Origin: a virus
Lineage: Duplodnaviria; Caudoviricetes
Virus record (IMG/VR): IMGVR_UViG_3300027733_000094
Span: 1 to 41,081 of that record
DNA: 41,081 bases
Strand: one strand, 5' to 3'
Part shown: positions 8,044 to 17,165 of the stretch, one piece after another
Layout: each line of letters begins with the position of its first letter
How positions within the stretch are numbered: the first letter of the stretch is position 1
Program-made: the position numbers and the translations under genes
Notes under the pieces: model-generated
The model's input: only the letters and a program-made list of their open reading frames with translations
What the model was told of the DNA's origin: nothing
The model's database searches: none

Positions 8044-11000
8044 TACTTATTCTCCCTCATATTGTCATCTTCAAAATATCTAGTAATCATTCGTTGCATT
8101 GTTGGGTCCCACAAGTCATAACTTGAAGCCAAGTATTCTGCCCACTTGTCTTTTACCAGTTGTTTTGAACCAGTTGGTGCATCAGCGTATGCTTTTGCAT
8201 AATCGTTACGGTACTGAATGAAAGCCTTAGCGTGTTGCCAGAACTGTGTCTTGCCAAACTTATCCATAAACTCTTTGTTATTTACAACGGTGAATAGTCC
8301 TTGTGCTTGAACCCAAGACTTGTTTCCTTTTGTTGCGCCTTTTTGATACTCTGTATACCAGGCACGAGAAGCAGGTCCAAGAGTATCGTTTGCGTATGCA
8401 CGCAATCTATCTTTTAGTTCTGGAACGCTAAGGTAACTTGCGTATCCAGCATCCTTTGCAGCCTTGTTAAGACGATTCTTTTCAGTTGTATATGCTGACC
8501 AGAAGCGAGACTTTTCAATCTCTTCTTCGACTAACTGAGGTGTCTTAAGCGTGCTATTAACCATAGTTCCATCTGGAAGACGGGCAGTAGTTGAGTTAAG
8601 GAACTTATTTACTTGAGGACTGTACTCCTTAGGCAAATCTGCAACCATAAGACCAACTGTAGATGGGTCAACTTGACGCAAAGATGTTGCCAGTCCAGGA
8701 AAATCTTCCCAGATTCTGTTGTAAGCCTTTACGCTAGGCGTAATGTAGGTTATAGACTTCTGTGAAGATACAAAGAGTCTGTCCATTGGGAATGTTTTGC
8801 CAGTCTCTTTAAGCATATGAGCGCTGAAATCTTCTCCAGCCTTCTTGTATGCCTCAGTGCTTGACATACCTTGAGCGGTATTGTTGTTTACAAGTGAGAA
8901 GAAATAATCCTGATAAAGACTATCTGGTCGGCTATCCACATATTGTGGTGTACCAAGAAGTGAGAAGAACTGTGTGCGGAATTTACGGAAGTAAATATCA
9001 CGTGCACCATCCATAATTGACTGCTCTGTAGGTGCTGGACCCTTGCCCATATCGTGCAGAATTCCCTGACGATTAGCCTCAGAAATCCAAGAATCGACGA
9101 ACATCTTATCTGTCTTATCTGGAGCAAGGTATGTCTTTAAGTTTCTTGCCCAGGCAGGAGTAAATGTATTTGCTAATTGCTTACCAGTGTTAGGTTCAAT
9201 TCCATATGGGAATAGTTCTTCATAAGAATATCCAGGAATCTTACCAAAAGTTTTATCTATTAACTTAGAAATCTGTTCTTCGGTTCCTGGCTTGCCGCCA
9301 TAAACCTTGCTAAGAGCAATTGGCACCATCCAGGTTGCACCTGGGAAGTTGGCAACATAGTTAGTTGCACGAGCATTAACGATAACGCCTTTACCATTGT
9401 TTAGACCCATTTCCTTTGTTCCAGGAATGAGAAGGTATTGAGCCTTCATTGGGTCATCAACTGGGTTACCATTCTGGTCTACGCCGAATGAGTTATAAAG
9501 CCCATAATATGAGTTAAGGAACCCAGCAAAACGCTTAGGCTTCTGAACTGCAAAGCGTGAGTAACGATATATACCAGATGCTGCCGCATTAGGAAATGTT
9601 GCTAATCCTCTTGCTAAATAAAGTGCACGGTGTTGACGTGGGATTGTGTAGAAAACCTTTGCCACTTCATCAACAAGTTCAGTTGCTGCAGCGTGATGAA
9701 TACGATTAAGTGTGGATACATCAATCTGATAACCCTGTGCAAGCAAGCGTTCCGCACGCTCTGCAACTAGGGTTGTATGACGAGTAGTTCCCCAAACTTC
9801 ACGGACCATATTTTCTGGCTTCATTAAGAAACGCCAAGCGCCAGCAAATGCTGAATCAAATGCACGTGATGCAGAAGCAACAATATTAGTAGGGTTAGCA
9901 TATTCAATTTCAAGTGGTTGAATAGGAACCATCTGGTCTAACTTGTCTCCAAGTAGTCCACGAAGTTGAGTTGCCTCTACTGCATTTTGCGATGCTGCTA
10001 GTTTAGCCTCAGATGTTGGTAGGTATCGATTGACATATGTAATATTTTCATCAATCATACGCACGATTTCGTCAGGAGAACGACCCATTTGAACAGCATA
10101 CTTGCGAGCCTGTCCAGTAGTTGCCCACTCTAGGAGTTGGTCACGAGACTGTCCAGATAGAACTCTGTCGACAAGAATATCTCCACGCATATGGTTATTA
10201 ACCACATAAGCCAGTTCATCAAAGTAAACTGGGTCTGCTACGTTAGTAATAGTCTTAGGACTACGAGACATAACAGTTGTAATCTTAGCAACGGTTGCTT
10301 TATTGCCAAGGAATTCTAGGTTACGTGAAGAGTTGTTGGCGATTTCAGACATATAGCCTTCGCCAAAATGCTTACGACTAGCAAACGATGGGAACTCTAG
10401 AGTCTGACCATTAGATAGTTGAACTTTCTGAACCTCTGGAAGAAGTGGTTTCTTCTCATAACGTCCTGCAGATACAGAAAAAATATCAGCCTGTTCTTTA
10501 ATCTTAGGTCCAAGTTTTTCTAGAACTGCACCAATATTATCGTAAGCCTTAGCAATCTGTGCATCAAGAACATTAAGTTCTGGTGCAAGAGTATTAATTT
10601 GACCAACAGCCTTTTGCAATACCAATTCGGCTGAGCGAATTTCAGATGCGTAACGTGAAGCAGCAATAGCCTCTGGGCTTAAAGAGCCACCCTTAACTCC
10701 ACTTGAAACAACAACCTTTATCTTATTGCCATTTACTTCGGTTACTGTAAATTTTGTGTTGCGTGGAAGAAGCCATTCAGATTCTCCTGCTGCAATCTTT
10801 GCATTTACTTCAACTCTCATACCAATTGGAAAAATTCCTTTTGTTCCAGCAGGATTTACAATCTCAACAATAACACCACGCATTGGACCATTCTTTGGAT
10901 TTGCGTACCATCCAGTACCACGAGCAAATCTATCAGCAATTTTTTCACCTAACGATGTAGAAGAAAATGCTTTATCAGTAAATGATTCTCCAGGTTTCAG

Positions 11001-13859
11001 GTTACGTATTTCTGCAGCAAGTTTTGTATCTTCAATACCACGAAATGTAGTAATTGGAGTTTCAAGGACTGGTGCTTTTGAAATAAGTGAATCTAGGTCA
11101 CTAACAATTTTATTAACCTTTACTGTTTCTTTTGCGGACGCCTCATAACCTCCACGTAAAACAGTATTGACAAGACTATAATCTCCACTGCCATTTGTAT
11201 AGTTTATTAATGAATCTTCGTATTGCTTATACTTTTCAACAGTAAAGCCTTTTGAGCGCTGGCTATTAAGTAAAGAAATAATTGAATTTTCATCAGTAAT
11301 AACTGGAGCAATAATTTCTTTTAGTTCTACTCCAGTTGTTTGCTTTCCGATACCCTTAAGGGTTTCAATGCGAGACTTTAGACTGTATACAGATGGTACC
11401 TGGATAGGCTTACCATATTCAATTGTGTATGTATTAAGTTTAGATTCAAGATTTGCTACGTCACGTTCTGCTTCGCGGAGGGCTTCCTTAATTTGGTCAG
11501 CCCAGTCGCGCTTTGATGCTGGAGATACTCCAGGTGTGTTAGAGAAATGTGATTCGTGTGTAGCATAAATTTGGTCACGAATAATAATAGCCTGATTGTA
11601 TTCTTCAGACAACGCTTTAACTTCGCGTTGAATTTCTTTCTTTGCGCTAGGCAAAAGAGTTGCAGATTTCTCTACATTACGCATTACAAAGTTTCCGCTT
11701 TTAACAATAGCGCCTTTGGCTGCACTTGTAAATAGTGGAACAGCAAACTTGCTTCCTTCTGCCAATGTAGCAGCAAGAACAGGTTCAAAGACTGAGTTCT
11801 TTGGAATATATGAAAAACGATAAAGTTGTGCTACAGAGAAGATTCTGTTTCCAGACTCAAAGATTCCTTTAGCGGCTGATGCTGTGCGTTGAGTACCAGT
11901 AGTTATTGCACCCTTAACAACACTTTTTTCCTGACGAGCAGCACGAAGAATCATACGGTCTAGGTCACCCATTGGAAGCATTGGCATTGAGTTCTGCAAT
12001 TGACGTTGAGTTTTAATATCAACAGATACTCGAACACCAGTGGGGTCCATAGAGTGACCGTGTGTACGCAGGTTTCCGTGCATTGAATACACATCCTGCA
12101 TTAACTCATCAACCATATTGTCAATTACTGCATCGTTGTAGTATCCACGAGAGTAAGCAATTGTACGAGCAAGTTCTTTATTTGCATTCTTAATTACATC
12201 TGCTCTTTCACCATCTGTTTTAGAGGATACAAAGCGGTCAATAAGATTGCGACGATAATCAGATACGCTCATCTGGTTCAAATCGTGTGTTTTAATTGTT
12301 GTTGTTCCGTTACGGAATAGAGGAACATCATCAAATACTGAAATAAGTTCGTCAACGCCATTCATAGGACGAAGACCAGAGTTTGTAATTATACCCTTAG
12401 GCATATAAGTGCCGAACTGACGCAGAAGAACTGTGACTGGACCATTCATACGTCCGCCTAAAACAGTCTGTGCTACGCCACCAATTTCAGGATTAGTAAA
12501 GTCGCGCTCTGTAATGGCTGTTTTAATCTTTCCAGCCTTAGAACGTACCGCTCCTGCAGGACCTTGTAGTCCCTTTGGCTCCATTGGCTTATAGTTTTTG
12601 CCAAGAGCAAGCGGTTCAACGTTAAGAAGTCCAGTAGTCTCATCAAGTTCCTGGGTAAGAAACGCATCGTAAACATCCTGATGCTTTGGTTCCTTTTTGA
12701 TTGCATCATCAAATGCGCTCATCCAGCGGTTGCGCTGTTCTGCTGTGTATTCAGGCAGTTTGCCATTGATAATGTAGTCTGAACGGAATGATGCAGTGCC
12801 ATCACCAATAACCCATAGGTCATCGCTAAGATTTAGTTTAGTTAGTCGGTCAATTGCTGGACCATAACCTTTGTCTGCAAGAAGAAAGTCTGCAACAACC
12901 TTTGGGTCCTTAGTAGATTTCATAAGGTCTGGTAGTTGCGGGTTAAAACTGTGCTTCTTTACAATTCGAGTAATGTCAATAATGTTATCTGAGGCAGCAA
13001 GGTCCATAACATCTTGACCAATGACTGTTCTAGTTCCAGTAGTTCCACCACTATTAACAAAGTCAATATGGTCAATCATATCTTTTTCAAACCCTGGCAT
13101 TGCCTCAGCATCGGCAGCCTTAAACTTTGTCCTTAGTCCAGCACGAGTTGCTCCAGCCTTAGCAAGCGCACCTGCTCCTGCAAATGCTACGTTAATAGCA
13201 ACGTTCTTGATAACAAAGTCATTGGCACCAGTAATGTACTTGCCAAGTGTATTGTCTACAAAATTCTTTTGGATATCTTTGTCATTCCACAAATCAATCC
13301 CGCTTACGTCTACACCATTAGCCTTAAGCACAGATGCTTCAGCAACACCAAGTAGGTTGAATGGATTCTTAAGCATTGATTGACCAAGAGAAACACCTTC
13401 TCTTGTAAGAACTTCTTGCCCATTAATGGTTTCATACTCGTTGCCAGTGCGATTGTACGCATCTTTGACATCAGATAATTGAAAACCTTTACCGAATTGT
13501 CCACCTTGATATAACTTGCTAGTAGGGTCAGACAATAAATTTATAGTAGAAATAGGTCGAGAGATGACAGGACTAAAGACATACTTCTCAGCCTTCTCAC
13601 CCAAATAAAGAATTGGGTCAAGAGCCTTCATTGGCGCCTCTGATTGAAGTGCAATTCCAGCCTGTTGCAGTTTCTTTGCCACTTGCTGCTGTGCAACAAT
13701 GCCTACGTTGGCTGCAACTTCAGGATTCTTAAAAGATTGTCCCGCTAAAGATGCAGCACTTGCTACTGCAACTGCACCTGGGTTAATTCCAAGTATGCCG
13801 CTGGCAGTATTCTTTGCAACTTTAGAAATGCTATCTACAAAATCACCCCAGAAGGACAT
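8043..13859 (-). CDS. Large putative internal virion/ejection protein with embedded ADP-ribosyltransferase domain
   Basis: 1938 aa; ~aa 870-1050 contain YT..Y..VN..LR, TFRG, FSSTS and GESEWLLPR (R-STS-ExE, VIP2/C2/Alt-like). Confidence 0.85.
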   Translation of the reverse strand: MSFWGDFVDSISKVAKNTASGILGINPGAVAVASAASLAGQSFKNPEVAANVGIVAQQQVAKKLQQAGIALQSEAPMKALDPILYLGEKAEKYVFSPVISRPISTINLLSDPTSKLYQGGQFGKGFQLSDVKDAYNRTGNEYETINGQEVLTREGVSLGQSMLKNPFNLLGVAEASVLKANGVDVSGIDLWNDKDIQKNFVDNTLGKYITGANDFVIKNVAINVAFAGAGALAKAGATRAGLRTKFKAADAEAMPGFEKDMIDHIDFVNSGGTTGTRTVIGQDVMDLAASDNIIDITRIVKKHSFNPQLPDLMKSTKDPKVVADFLLADKGYGPAIDRLTKLNLSDDLWVIGDGTASFRSDYIINGKLPEYTAEQRNRWMSAFDDAIKKEPKHQDVYDAFLTQELDETTGLLNVEPLALGKNYKPMEPKGLQGPAGAVRSKAGKIKTAITERDFTNPEIGGVAQTVLGGRMNGPVTVLLRQFGTYMPKGIITNSGLRPMNGVDELISVFDDVPLFRNGTTTIKTHDLNQMSVSDYRRNLIDRFVSSKTDGERADVIKNANKELARTIAYSRGYYNDAVIDNMVDELMQDVYSMHGNLRTHGHSMDPTGVRVSVDIKTQRQLQNSMPMLPMGDLDRMILRAARQEKSVVKGAITTGTQRTASAAKGIFESGNRIFSVAQLYRFSYIPKNSVFEPVLAATLAEGSKFAVPLFTSAAKGAIVKSGNFVMRNVEKSATLLPSAKKEIQREVKALSEEYNQAIIIRDQIYATHESHFSNTPGVSPASKRDWADQIKEALREAERDVANLESKLNTYTIEYGKPIQVPSVYSLKSRIETLKGIGKQTTGVELKEIIAPVITDENSIISLLNSQRSKGFTVEKYKQYEDSLINYTNGSGDYSLVNTVLRGGYEASAKETVKVNKIVSDLDSLISKAPVLETPITTFRGIEDTKLAAEIRNLKPGESFTDKAFSSTSLGEKIADRFARGTGWYANPKNGPMRGVIVEIVNPAGTKGIFPIGMRVEVNAKIAAGESEWLLPRNTKFTVTEVNGNKIKVVVSSGVKGGSLSPEAIAASRYASEIRSAELVLQKAVGQINTLAPELNVLDAQIAKAYDNIGAVLEKLGPKIKEQADIFSVSAGRYEKKPLLPEVQKVQLSNGQTLEFPSFASRKHFGEGYMSEIANNSSRNLEFLGNKATVAKITTVMSRSPKTITNVADPVYFDELAYVVNNHMRGDILVDRVLSGQSRDQLLEWATTGQARKYAVQMGRSPDEIVRMIDENITYVNRYLPTSEAKLAASQNAVEATQLRGLLGDKLDQMVPIQPLEIEYANPTNIVASASRAFDSAFAGAWRFLMKPENMVREVWGTTRHTTLVAERAERLLAQGYQIDVSTLNRIHHAAATELVDEVAKVFYTIPRQHRALYLARGLATFPNAAASGIYRYSRFAVQKPKRFAGFLNSYYGLYNSFGVDQNGNPVDDPMKAQYLLIPGTKEMGLNNGKGVIVNARATNYVANFPGATWMVPIALSKVYGGKPGTEEQISKLIDKTFGKIPGYSYEELFPYGIEPNTGKQLANTFTPAWARNLKTYLAPDKTDKMFVDSWISEANRQGILHDMGKGPAPTEQSIMDGARDIYFRKFRTQFFSLLGTPQYVDSRPDSLYQDYFFSLVNNNTAQGMSSTEAYKKAGEDFSAHMLKETGKTFPMDRLFVSSQKSITYITPSVKAYNRIWEDFPGLATSLRQVDPSTVGLMVADLPKEYSPQVNKFLNSTTARLPDGTMVNSTLKTPQLVEEEIEKSRFWSAYTTEKNRLNKAAKDAGYASYLSVPELKDRLRAYANDTLGPASRAWYTEYQKGATKGNKSWVQAQGLFTVVNNKEFMDKFGKTQFWQHAKAFIQYRNDYAKAYADAPTGSKQLVKDKWAEYLASSYDLWDPTMQRMITRYFEDDNMRENK

Positions 13860-14062
13860 TACTTCACCGCCAATGGATTAAAGGTTGACGATTCGCCACC
13901 CTTTACTCCTTCGCCAGTAAGGGTCATAATAAATACATCCCTATCTTCTGGGGATTTCCAAGGAACCATTGCAAGTGGTAAGGCAATCGCAAAGTTTTCG
14001 TAACCTAGAGAGTTTGCAAACTTATCTAGATGGTCAAAAAATCCGTTTTCCATCCACTCCAT
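13859..14062 (-). CDS. Hypothetical protein
   Basis: 67 aa; TAATG overlaps at both ends. Confidence 0.7.
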   Translation of the reverse strand: MEWMENGFFDHLDKFANSLGYENFAIALPLAMVPWKSPEDRDVFIMTLTGEGVKGGESSTFNPLAVK

Positions 14063-14532
14063 TAAAGTATCTGTTCTTTCAGATAGTTAACAAAACGCTT
14101 GTAGGAATCTGGAGTGTTTGGCATACGTGTTGCATTCTCAAGGTCTGGAAGATAACGCTTGATAAGGTCAATGTTTTCGCTATTGTTGATTGGATTAGTT
14201 ACGCGTCCAGGCAGAGCCTCAGAACCGCGACCACGACCCATATCAACACCATCTGAAATTGGTAAGTTATCTTCTGATGGAGCATCTAGTGGAGTAATTC
14301 CACCAAGTCCTGGAAGAACGCGTGAACTACGTGATTCAACTGATGGCATATCTTTAGCCATAGGCGCTCCTGCTGCCTGTGCTTCTAACTGACCATTCTG
14401 TCCATAAGGAAATCCTGTGTAACCTGGGTTAGCCTGTCCTGACTGCCCATCTCCACCCTGACCATTAACATTTGCAGGGTTATTCTGTGGAGCAGTTGGG
14501 CGGTATCCGCCACTATTTTGATTGCCTGCCAT
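14062..14532 (-). CDS. Hypothetical Gly/Gln/Pro-rich protein, probably virion-associated
   Basis: 156 aa; AGGAG RBS. Confidence 0.7.
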   Translation of the reverse strand: MAGNQNSGGYRPTAPQNNPANVNGQGGDGQSGQANPGYTGFPYGQNGQLEAQAAGAPMAKDMPSVESRSSRVLPGLGGITPLDAPSEDNLPISDGVDMGRGRGSEALPGRVTNPINNSENIDLIKRYLPDLENATRMPNTPDSYKRFVNYLKEQIL

Positions 14533-14541
14533 TAGTAACTC

Positions 14542-15084
14542 CTACTTAGAATGTTTGAATTGTGATTTGGATATGTAAGGACCTGCAGTAAATGCTGTAA
14601 GTGTTGCAGCAATTTCCATTGCTTCATAAGCATCAGCGCCTGCGTGCAGTGCCCCTAGTGCGTAAGGCGCACCAGAACCTGCAGCATAAACTCCACTAAT
14701 GTTTTTACTTACTGCTAGTTCGTGGTCGATATCAAATATCTCACCACACACTGCAATTAAAAATTGAAATCTTTGTTCAGTCTTTGGTTCATCAAAGTTA
14801 AAACCATTTGATGATAAACATTTACGAAGCGAAGGCATAGCCTTTGTAATCATAAAGTGAAACAAATCTTTTTTATCTGACTTGATTGGAGTCGGTGGGT
14901 CCCAGATGTGTTGTGCTACATCACAGGGAAGTACCTCACCAGAGCCAGCAATCAAATAACCATTTGTCTCTGAAATCTTTTTTACATTTGGATGAGTGTA
15001 GATATATCCACTATCATCTGTAGTGCGGCTATCAGCCACAAGGACGCAACTATCGTCGTATTCGATACCAATTAAAGTTGTCAT
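14542..15084 (-). CDS. Proteasome beta/HslV-like Ntn threonine protease
   Basis: MTT N-terminus, VADSRTT, VKKI lysine, LIAGSG and AAGSGAPYALGAL. Confidence 0.85.
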   Translation of the reverse strand: MTTLIGIEYDDSCVLVADSRTTDDSGYIYTHPNVKKISETNGYLIAGSGEVLPCDVAQHIWDPPTPIKSDKKDLFHFMITKAMPSLRKCLSSNGFNFDEPKTEQRFQFLIAVCGEIFDIDHELAVSKNISGVYAAGSGAPYALGALHAGADAYEAMEIAATLTAFTAGPYISKSQFKHSK

Positions 15085-15098
15085 TGTCCCCTACTTTG

Positions 15099-16889
15099 TT
15101 AGCGTCGGTTAATTGTTCTGACGCTTGCGTTTGCTTCTCCCGAACCAGATAGGCTAGAGAGCAAATTCATAATGCTTGGTGGTGCTTCCTGCGGTGCTGG
15201 CATTGCTGGTCCACCTTGTTCTGGTGGAAGAGCGCCTCCTGCTGGAGAAGCGGCGGGAGCAGGGGACGGTTGCTCAACCATAGGTGCTGCCCCAGCAGGA
15301 GGAACCTGTTGCTGTGGCGCGAAGGTTGCTTCAATAGCATCCTCAAGAGCCTGTCCTTTTTGACGTGCCTTGATAACCGCAGCAATTTTACGAACTACCT
15401 CTGAGGCATCTCCGCCAGATGCAGCCATTTGTGGGATGGCTTGTGTATAGGCAGTAATGGAACCAAGAAGGGAATCTCTCATCTTCTCAATTTCAATCTT
15501 TTCTAATTCTTGTGTGACGTTAACTGTGAATGGAAGTTCACGCATAGCCATATCCTTAGAGATAAGACCGCCACCTAGAGCCTGAAGCATAAAGATAAGA
15601 CCCTGTGCAGGGTTCAAACCAGCAAGCATTCCGTAACGAACATCTGCTGAGTAATCAGCCTTGATGTCTTTGGAAGGCTTGTATGTGATTTCGTATGGAG
15701 AACCAGCGTCAACACCACGAATGGTCTTTTCGTCTGGGAAAATTTTCTCATCAACTTCAAAAGCAACACTGATTACGTCACGAAGTGCCGCAGCAAAGAT
15801 TGCTTGTGCTGATTTAACCTGGGTATCAAATGCACCCATAAGAGCCTGTACGCCTTGTCCAGTGACAATAGAGGCATCGATGTTTCCTGTACGTCCTTCA
15901 GGATAACGTGCACCTACTCGGAGTTCTTGGTTGAGTAGTTGCTGTTCTGTGAATGCGCCTTGTGGAAGTGAAAGTTCTACACGACGAACTCCTGCTGGAT
16001 TAGATGTACGGATAACCGCATCTCCACCCAACTGTAGTTCTTGTACATCCTGTGGAAGAACGATAGGAGCCTGAACGCTCTTCTCTGCTGCTTCCATTGC
16101 AAGCAACGCAAAGCGATTGCGAAGCAATTGGATACCAAGAACATCATCAAATTGTCCACGCAGTTCACCATCAATAGATGGCTTACGTGCGATAATAACC
16201 ATCATCTTACCGATAGGATTTGCAGCCTTCGATAGAACTAGGTTGTCCTTTGATGGGATATAAATAACTGACTGGTCTTTGTCGTAATAGCGAATTAACT
16301 CAACCTGAGCATTCAAGTCCTGCTTGTAACCTGATGGTCCAAGAAGCATTGAATCGTATTCAGGGAACTGAGTAACGAGTTCGCCTAGTGTCATCATATA
16401 TCGTTTTGCAAATGCAACACAGCGTCCGTAGCGGTCAAACTCTGGGTAAGCCCCCACTGGGTTTTCTACGCGGATGCGAGGCAGTTTGCTTTCTTCGTCT
16501 AATTCAATGATGAAAGGGACGAAACCAAATGTGATATACCAGTCAGCGCCTGAGTACATCTGTACGGTCAAATCAGAATGTTGGAAATAGTTAGCAGCAA
16601 TACGTGTGCGCTTATCTGCAAAAGAACGTGCACGGTCATTGACCGCATTGGCTGCAGAGCAGTTAACCGCTGGAAGCGGAGCCATTACTTCAGATAGGTC
16701 ACGAGCAACAATGTCAATAAAGTTTGCTACTACGTTTGCATCTACGCCATCTGGAAAGAAGTCTGGATAGACCTCAGCAATTTTTCCTTTACGGACAGCA
16801 AGAACGTCAAGGTTGCGAGCATCGCGCTCGTGATTGCGGTAGCGCAGCGACTGTACGCGTGCCGCTACCTGCTCCATTGATAATGCCAT
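15099..16889 (-). CDS. Portal protein
   Basis: 596 aa just downstream of terminase; VVANFIDIV, mixed alpha/beta body, TGQGVQAL, Pro-rich tail. Confidence 0.8.
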   Translation of the reverse strand: MALSMEQVAARVQSLRYRNHERDARNLDVLAVRKGKIAEVYPDFFPDGVDANVVANFIDIVARDLSEVMAPLPAVNCSAANAVNDRARSFADKRTRIAANYFQHSDLTVQMYSGADWYITFGFVPFIIELDEESKLPRIRVENPVGAYPEFDRYGRCVAFAKRYMMTLGELVTQFPEYDSMLLGPSGYKQDLNAQVELIRYYDKDQSVIYIPSKDNLVLSKAANPIGKMMVIIARKPSIDGELRGQFDDVLGIQLLRNRFALLAMEAAEKSVQAPIVLPQDVQELQLGGDAVIRTSNPAGVRRVELSLPQGAFTEQQLLNQELRVGARYPEGRTGNIDASIVTGQGVQALMGAFDTQVKSAQAIFAAALRDVISVAFEVDEKIFPDEKTIRGVDAGSPYEITYKPSKDIKADYSADVRYGMLAGLNPAQGLIFMLQALGGGLISKDMAMRELPFTVNVTQELEKIEIEKMRDSLLGSITAYTQAIPQMAASGGDASEVVRKIAAVIKARQKGQALEDAIEATFAPQQQVPPAGAAPMVEQPSPAPAASPAGGALPPEQGGPAMPAPQEAPPSIMNLLSSLSGSGEANASVRTINRR

Positions 16890-16910
16890 TGTTGTCCTAA
16901 CTAAAATTGT

Positions 16911-17156
16911 TTACGCTGGATATGTCTTATTGACAATAGATACTGTTGTACCCTTAACATCATACTGCTTACGAATAGCAGGATATTTCTTTTTTAGAGC
17001 AGCAACGTCTAGTTGTGCTTGCATTTTCTGAAGTGCTTGTCTGCGATTGTCAGCAGGTTGGTTTGCTACTTCATTTGCATAAATAAAATCATCTGGAACC
17101 AAGTTCTTATTTGGCTTCTTAGGTACTCGTGAACCACCTGAGTTGTTTACTGGCAT
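16911..17156 (-). CDS. Hypothetical protein
   Basis: 81 aa between terminase and portal; AGGA upstream. Confidence 0.6.
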   Translation of the reverse strand: MPVNNSGGSRVPKKPNKNLVPDDFIYANEVANQPADNRRQALQKMQAQLDVAALKKKYPAIRKQYDVKGTTVSIVNKTYPA

Positions 17157-17165
17157 AATCGTTTC

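Noticed and set aside
8043-13859. Tape measure protein
   Set aside because: No tail tube or tail chaperone genes nearby, position between portal and scaffold, and no tape-measure periodicity seen.
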